Shown: in pieces, positions 59,848-64,000 of the stretch
How the letters are laid out: each line of letters begins with the position of its first letter
Numbering within the stretch: the stretch's first letter is position 1
IMG/VR virus record: IMGVR_UViG_3300045988_135095
Source of the DNA: a virus
Strand: one strand, 5' to 3'
DNA length: 64,000 nucleotides
Notes under the pieces: generated by a model
Told to the model about the DNA's origin: nothing
The model's database searches: none
Seen by the model: the letters and a program-made list of their open reading frames with translations, nothing else
Made by a program: the position numbers and the translations under genes

Positions 59848-60046
59848 AACCTTTCCATTTTTTGAAACCTATAGGCTTGTCTCTAAAACCCTTACGGAAT
59901 GCTTCTCTCATAGAGATGCAAATGAAATCTACGCTGCATTGTGCCAAGCCCGTACAAAACGCACAATCCTCGCAATCATCCATTGGTTCCGCTACGTACA
60001 CGATGCCGTTAATGACTATCGCCGCTTTCTCCTTGAAGACTGCCAT
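59801..60046 (-). CDS. Small Cys-rich protein
   Basis: 81 aa. ..INGIVYVAEPMDDCEDCAFC.. It overlaps pcfK by 47 nt. Confidence 0.4.
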   Translation of the reverse strand: MAVFKEKAAIVINGIVYVAEPMDDCEDCAFCTGLAQCSVDFICISMREAFRKGFRDKPIGFKKWKGYERIRNIQEDNQGIS

Positions 60047-60197
60047 TCCTTTTCGCCAGCAAAGCCTTTGACCTTATTAATCTTCTAGCCAAATCAAAGT
60101 CTTTGGGCCTTGTGGATTTTTCATTAATAAAAGCTGCTGCTTTTTCTAGAACACTAAGCAGTTCTCTGAACTCAGTCTTCGTTGTCTTCACTTCCAT
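60009..60197 (-). CDS. Hypothetical protein
   Basis: 62 aa. The ATG sits in an AAAGCGTATG context. It overlaps the next gene by 38 nt. Confidence 0.4.
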   Translation of the reverse strand: MEVKTTKTEFRELLSVLEKAAAFINEKSTRPKDFDLARRLIRSKALLAKRNGSLQGESGDSH

Positions 60198-60366
60198 ACG
60201 CTTTCTGTGCCGTTATAATTCTACAACCGGTGTAATCGTCGGCAGAAAGGACAATCTCACCATTCTTAACCTTTTCTCTAATCATGGAGCAAGCATCCGT
60301 ATTTGATTCTGCCTCTACGGTTATTGTCTTACTCAAAGTTTCTTGAATGCAAACGTCATATTTCAT
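60172..60366 (-). CDS. Hypothetical protein
   Basis: 64-aa ORF. Confidence 0.45.
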   Translation of the reverse strand: MKYDVCIQETLSKTITVEAESNTDACSMIREKVKNGEIVLSADDYTGCRIITAQKAYGSEDNED

Positions 60367-60367
60367 A

Positions 60368-60580
60368 TTATGTTACCTCCCATGTTTCAATGTTAAACTC
60401 GTAGCTTTTACCACTACATTGGCTCTGCCCGATATTGCGCAAATCTTTAAGTTGCTCTTCCGAAGCTCCATTAGCCTCGGCTGTTGCGTAGCATTTCTGA
60501 AGGCTGTCGGCTACTCTAAGCAATTCGCCGCTTCCCTTTGTATGCCAGGCATCTTCTTTATAAATCAGATATACCTTCAT
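60368..60580 (-). CDS. Hypothetical protein
   Basis: 70-aa ORF, 1-2 nt from its neighbours. Confidence 0.5.
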   Translation of the reverse strand: MKVYLIYKEDAWHTKGSGELLRVADSLQKCYATAEANGASEEQLKDLRNIGQSQCSGKSYEFNIETWEVT

Positions 60581-60582
60581 AA

Positions 60583-60825
60583 TTAAATCTCTTTAAAATG
60601 AACACTAGTTCTATCTTTACGTTCACTTGCAAGGCAAGCTAAATCTTCGCAAGTTATCTCGACGTCATCGCGATGAACGTTTGGAATACATACAATACAA
60701 TTTGGACAACTCCCTCGTTTTGCCACAACACAATTAATGCCATTGATAGAAAGCTTTTGACCGATAGGGAAGTCTGCTTCTATACTAGACTTTTTTACAT
60801 TGATGATATCTTTGTTCTCATCCAT
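60583..60825 (-). CDS. Small Cys-rich protein
   Basis: 80 aa from the ATG at 60825, preceded by AAAGGAGGATTAATC. ..INGINCVVAKRGSCPNCIVC.. Confidence 0.5.
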   Translation of the reverse strand: MDENKDIINVKKSSIEADFPIGQKLSINGINCVVAKRGSCPNCIVCIPNVHRDDVEITCEDLACLASERKDRTSVHFKEI

Positions 60826-60827
60826 GA

Positions 60828-60941
60828 TTAATCCTCCTTTTCTTTTAAGTAACGAAGGTATAACTGACAGTTGTCGCAATCAGAATTGCATCTATAACTG
60901 TACTCGTTGGCGCAAGCCATAAATAATTCACTTCTTTTCAT
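60828..60941 (-). CDS. Mini-gene (37 aa), Cys-rich
   Basis: Hand translation MKRSELFMACANEYSYRCNSDCDNCQLYLRYLKEKED. Low confidence. Confidence 0.3.
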   Translation of the reverse strand: MKRSELFMACANEYSYRCNSDCDNCQLYLRYLKEKED

Positions 60942-60956
60942 AATGGTGTAAAATTA

Positions 60957-61001
60957 AAGGTCGGGTGCCGTCTTTCCGAGCTGTCGCAAAATAAAGAATA
61001 T
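60957..61001 (-). repeat. 5'-leader repeat R2, copy a
   Basis: AAAGGTCGGGTGCCGTCTTTCCGAGCTGTCGCAAAATAAAGAATA, compared with copy b at 61809-61851. Confidence 0.5.
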
Positions 61002-61089
61002 CAAACATTGTTTTGTTATTTAATCCCGACCATTGATTAACGATGATTTTTACTTAATTCTACATGTTTCACCTCCAATCTTATTAAGT

Positions 61090-61491
61090 TTAACTTCCAT
61101 ATCCTGTAAATCTGCCAACAGCGGAACTTCTTGTCTCGTTGCACACCGAGCCTGGCTTAAGATAGTACTTGTAATGCGTACTTCTCTCCAACCTCTTACT
61201 CCAGCAGAAACCGAAAGCATCGAACTCCTTGCCGCACCATTCATGTGCGTAGTAATATTCGTTAGCATGTACCTTTTGCTCCTTGCTGAGCTGAAAGAAC
61301 AATGCACGATACTTGTTGGCCTCTGTTGGATTCTCCTTAAAATCCTTCTCAATCTGCTTACGCTCCTCGGTATATTCAGCCAATTTCTGCTGGTATTCCT
61401 CCTCGCTATCGCACAGATAATAATCTGTGTCTGTCCAATGACTATCCCAATAGGAATTGGAAGACTGATGTATATGATAAATATTTTTCAT
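61090..61491 (-). CDS. Hypothetical protein
   Basis: 133-aa ORF with an ATGA overlap with the upstream gene. Confidence 0.55.
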   Translation of the reverse strand: MKNIYHIHQSSNSYWDSHWTDTDYYLCDSEEEYQQKLAEYTEERKQIEKDFKENPTEANKYRALFFQLSKEQKVHANEYYYAHEWCGKEFDAFGFCWSKRLERSTHYKYYLKPGSVCNETRSSAVGRFTGYGS

Positions 61492-61793
61492 TTCTTTTTA
61501 TCCTTTCTATAAAGGAAGAATGCGTCACCTTGCCAGCCGAAGTTCCTGGACTCACATTTTGCAAGTATATGTGTATCTGTCTCGATGAGCACATCTTCAT
61601 ATTTGTCTAACTCAGTTTGTGTATCTGATGTATCTTCTCCATAATCCCATTGAAGCATAAATTCCAATATTTCATTATGGTCACCGACACAATCCAGTCT
61701 GCAAACATACTCGTAATCCCTAATATCTCCAGAACAGCTCTGATGCTGCGGGGAAATCTCTACGATAAGAGATAAGTAATCGTAATCTTTCAT
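61488..61793 (-). CDS. Hypothetical acidic protein
   Basis: 101-aa ORF directly after R2 copy b. Confidence 0.55.
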   Translation of the reverse strand: MKDYDYLSLIVEISPQHQSCSGDIRDYEYVCRLDCVGDHNEILEFMLQWDYGEDTSDTQTELDKYEDVLIETDTHILAKCESRNFGWQGDAFFLYRKDKKK

Positions 61794-61808
61794 ATTATTT
61801 ATATCTTA

Positions 61809-61851
61809 AAAGGTAGGCTGCCGTCTTTCCGGCTGCCAGATAAGAATAAGG
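61809..61851 (-). repeat. 5'-leader repeat R2, copy b
   Basis: AAAGGTAGGCTGCCGTCTTTCCGGCTGCCAGATAAGAATAAGG. The minus strand contains the GCCG-GAAAGA-CGGC hairpin. Confidence 0.5.
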
Positions 61852-61893
61852 TATCTAACTTGTGGGTGTCCTTAATACCCAAATCGTTAAACC

Positions 61894-62232
61894 TTACTTT
61901 TGCCTACCTTTATAATAAGTATATAAATCCATCATACTATTGTAGAACCACTGCCATGCGACAATCTCCTTCTGCTCTTTAGTAATATCCAGGGCATCAG
62001 TAATCATCTTTCTGCGCCAGTTTATCAGTCTGTCACATGACTGGATGATTCTTGCAATCATCACATGGGCGACATTCTCCATCATTACCGCCTCGCCATT
62101 TACCATCTTCAGGGCGTACTTTTCTGCAGCATCGTGCCAAAGGTTGTAGGCTACAGAATCATTATTGAGCATCAGATAGAGTTCTTCCATGTCTGCCGTT
62201 CTCGTGTATTGTACCATTTCCTTTACCAACAT
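61894..62232 (-). CDS. Hypothetical protein
   Basis: 112-aa ORF. Confidence 0.55.
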   Translation of the reverse strand: MLVKEMVQYTRTADMEELYLMLNNDSVAYNLWHDAAEKYALKMVNGEAVMMENVAHVMIARIIQSCDRLINWRRKMITDALDITKEQKEIVAWQWFYNSMMDLYTYYKGRQK

Positions 62233-62234
62233 AG

Positions 62235-62660
62235 CTAGCCCTCCAATTTGTCTATATACTCTTTTCTTGCCTCTGTGAACACCTTGGCTTTGCGCTCGTC
62301 CGAAAGAAACTCTTTGATAGAGAATCCCAATGCGATAATACCATTCTCAAATTCCCATGTATATCCGCATTCATGGTTGCCAAACTCATAGATGAGAGCA
62401 TCCTTTAAATTCTCATCATTTGAATAGAACTCCTCGTCCTCCTTTACTGAACGCTCGGAAAACTCGATGAACAAATGCTCATCCTCTTTTAGGCAATAGA
62501 CTCCACAGCCTAAGGAAGAAATCTTCTTTAAGTCTTCCTCGCTGGTTGAGAGTCCCCACTCAGCCATCATTTCCTCAAACTGTTTGTCTCCAAAGGCAGC
62601 TTTCATCGGGAGCTTGTTGAACTCCTTTTGTTGCTTGGCTTTATAATCTACGTATTTCAT
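62235..62660 (-). CDS. Hypothetical protein
   Basis: 141-aa ORF. Confidence 0.55.
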   Translation of the reverse strand: MKYVDYKAKQQKEFNKLPMKAAFGDKQFEEMMAEWGLSTSEEDLKKISSLGCGVYCLKEDEHLFIEFSERSVKEDEEFYSNDENLKDALIYEFGNHECGYTWEFENGIIALGFSIKEFLSDERKAKVFTEARKEYIDKLEG

Positions 62661-62800
62661 AACTCGTTTAATTTATACGCTTGGCAAGCATTGTCCCCAC
62701 AATGAGGGTTCTCGGAAAAATCACAAGATCCATATCCATAAATGTCCTCGTGAAGGAACAATGCACAGTTGCCACAACACTTGTTTATATTCTTACACAT
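62657..62800 (-). CDS. Mini-gene (47 aa), Cys-rich
   Basis: Hand translation MCKNINKCCGNCALFLHEDIYGYGSCDFSENPHCGDNACQAYKLNEL. ATGA overlap downstream. Confidence 0.35.
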   Translation of the reverse strand: MCKNINKCCGNCALFLHEDIYGYGSCDFSENPHCGDNACQAYKLNEL

Positions 62801-63090
62801 ATTCCCTGGTCAACACCTCCTCTGTTATAATAGCGGCTACACTTAAAGCCAAGGCTGGTCAGCCAATCCGTAATAGCTGGATGGAGTTTGTATGGAGCAT
62901 AACAGTCTCTCCACCAATCCTTGCTATCTGGGTCTGGAATTTTCCAATCATATGAAAAGTGTGCTGCGCCACCGATTAAAGCGTGATCATATCGCATCAA
63001 GTACTTCTTGATATAAGCAAGAAGCTTTTCCTTGTTTTCCTCTGTGAGTTGAGAAACTCTAGCTGCTCTGATTTCTTCAATTAACCCCAT
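62785..63090 (-). CDS. Hypothetical protein
   Basis: 101 aa. AGGAGGTACGGTC precedes the ATG. Confidence 0.5.
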   Translation of the reverse strand: MGLIEEIRAARVSQLTEENKEKLLAYIKKYLMRYDHALIGGAAHFSYDWKIPDPDSKDWWRDCYAPYKLHPAITDWLTSLGFKCSRYYNRGGVDQGICVRI

Positions 63091-63103
63091 GACCGTACCT
63101 CCT

Positions 63104-63283
63104 TTACATAATGCCCTCCTTCATCAAGAGCTTATACTCTTCCATGCTGTCCCCAACGTGGCCATACAAGCAACCGTCCTCGACGTTCTTCCAATACTCT
63201 TGTTGGGTGGAATATGCCGCCATACTGGCGACTACGACCACGTAGCCCAATGATTTAATAAGATTGAAATTTGAATTTCTCAT
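63104..63283 (-). CDS. Mini-gene (59 aa), one hydrophobic helix
   Basis: Hand translation MRNSNFNLIKSLGYVVVVASMAAYSTQQEYWKNVEDGCLYGHVGDSMEEYKLLMKEGIM. Confidence 0.4.
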   Translation of the reverse strand: MRNSNFNLIKSLGYVVVVASMAAYSTQQEYWKNVEDGCLYGHVGDSMEEYKLLMKEGIM

Positions 63284-63314
63284 AATTATTCCCTTTCTAT
63301 GAATTTTAATTGGT

Positions 63315-63710
63315 TTATATTTTACTAATCTGAAGCGACATTCTGGTTAAAATCATCTTGTCGATTTCTTCGAGGCAACTGTGCTCATCGAGCGTCCTCA
63401 AATCATCTATTGAATCGAGATATTCTTTCACGGTCTCGAAAGAACAATAGCTGCTCCCGTACTTACGGAAGTACTCTTCCTCTATGAATCTGACCAGCAT
63501 ATACTGCTTGCGAAGCATGTCGAAATATGGATTATCTCTGTAATTGCCCAAATTGTGGTCTGGTCTAAGATTTTCCTCAATCTCTCCAAAAGCCCTGAAA
63601 ACTTTATCCGTCGAAAGGCATACGACCGCACACTCTCTGAAATGTTTCTGCAACTGTTCCTTTTTAGAGGAGGTCAAACTGCTAGTTTCAATATATCCTA
63701 ACTTCTTCAT
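63315..63710 (-). CDS. Hypothetical protein (first gene after cassette copy 5)
   Basis: 131-aa ORF whose ATG directly follows the conserved leader. Confidence 0.55.
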   Translation of the reverse strand: MKKLGYIETSSLTSSKKEQLQKHFRECAVVCLSTDKVFRAFGEIEENLRPDHNLGNYRDNPYFDMLRKQYMLVRFIEEEYFRKYGSSYCSFETVKEYLDSIDDLRTLDEHSCLEEIDKMILTRMSLQISKI

Positions 63711-63853
63711 AATCTTTATAAATTTAATTGGTTCAACTTGTAAGATAGGCTCTGAATAGTCAAAAGTACTACCTTTTATCTATATGCAAAGGTACTAAAA
63801 TTTTCTGATATATGCAAATTTACCAACGATTATTTTAGTTAAAAATACTAAAT
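63711..63853 (-). promoter_or_regulatory. Promoter/leader cassette, copy 5
   Basis: Near-identical to copies 2 and 3. -7 boxes at plus 63815-63822 (TAAATTTG) and 63787-63794 (TACCTTTG). Confidence 0.7.
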
Positions 63854-63879
63854 CATAGTACTTTATAACTATCTGATTA

Positions 63880-64000
63880 TCAGAATGGTGCATCTGCTTC
63901 TTCTGGTTTTTCGAAAGGCACCTGTACATCTTCGTTGATTAAATTCGTCTTGAAAAAATTTGTCGTATTTTTGTTGAATCCCATAAAAAATTTGAATGTT
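63880..64000 (-). CDS. C-terminal fragment of a possible SSB-like protein (window-truncated)
   Basis: The open frame ends ..VPFEKPEEADAPF*. An acidic tip ending in PF is typical of bacterial/phage SSB tails. This is the only evidence. Confidence 0.3.
   Translation of the reverse strand, partial: TFKFFMGFNKNTTNFFKTNLINEDVQVPFEKPEEADAPF

Larger units (their letters stand above)
1..64000. mobile_element. Integrated temperate siphovirus-like phage (left junction at tRNA; right end beyond window)
   Basis: A tRNA 3' end is followed directly by a tyrosine integrase. The window also has complete head/tail/lysis/terminase modules and repeated phage promoter cassettes. No host housekeeping genes are seen. 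Confidence 0.85.

Noticed and set aside
3336-63853. Could the repeated ~140-bp elements be a CRISPR array or MITEs?
   Set aside because: The copies are 9-36 kb apart. Each sits upstream of an operon in the same orientation and contains promoter boxes and a leader ending at an ATG. There are no short regular spacers, terminal inverted repeats or target duplications.
1-64000. Stop-codon reassignment (suggested by the possible UCA-anticodon reading of the tRNA-like gene)
   Set aside because: All large genes (tape measure, Tal, fibre, terL, portal, GmrSD) are intact under the standard code. Gene junctions use TGA, TAA and TAG normally. At most, local read-through could be involved.

Overview
This window holds the left ~64 kb of a temperate, siphovirus-like prophage. 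It is integrated at the 3' end of a class-II tRNA, probably tRNA-Ser. The host looks like Bacteroidota: TAnnTTTG -7 promoter boxes, a Bacteroidota-type tyrosine integrase, PcfJ/PcfK and DUF932-like genes. Only the integrase, a portal-MuF block (40.2-43.2 kb) and one small moron gene are on the + strand; everything else is on the - strand. Read right to left on the - strand: an SSB-like C-terminal fragment; small early genes; PcfK/PcfJ (58.1-59.8 kb); a nine-gene predicted DNA-modification operon (51.7-57.9 kb) that runs straight into terS/terL (49.7-51.7 kb); small genes, an ATP-dependent DNA ligase, a GmrSD-type type IV restriction enzyme and a KilAC-like protein (43.4-49.4 kb); the inverted portal/MuF block; a ~10-kb array of about 35 tiny genes (30.1-40.0 kb) ending in mtnN(pfs)-luxS; then scaffold, capsid, connectors, major tail, an aberrant 113-nt tRNA-like gene, chaperone, tape measure, Dit/Tal and tail fibres (10.5-28.8 kb); a moron locus with mirrored divergent promoters (9.1-10.5 kb); a holin / 32-aa TM peptide / GH108 endolysin / u-spanin-like lysis cassette (7.1-8.8 kb); an orphan four-gene cassette with its own promoter and terminator (4.6-6.9 kb); conjugative-element-like genes; and the integrase. 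The modification operon contains an IbrA-like PP-loop ATPase, four ParB/Srx-fold paralogues, a GT-A glycosyltransferase-like protein and three methyltransferase-fold proteins. It is the best candidate for an undescribed system, especially alongside the SAH-recycling pfs-luxS pair and the modification-dependent GmrSD nuclease. Regulatory structure is visible by eye: a ~140-bp promoter/leader cassette in six copies, a second promoter class (TAnnTTTGCAGC plus a TATTTAATSATTAAATA palindrome) in front of late operons, and conserved intercistronic hairpin/leader units. All family assignments come from motif recognition by eye; no database search was run. Coordinates of features I derived by hand may be off by 1-2 nt.
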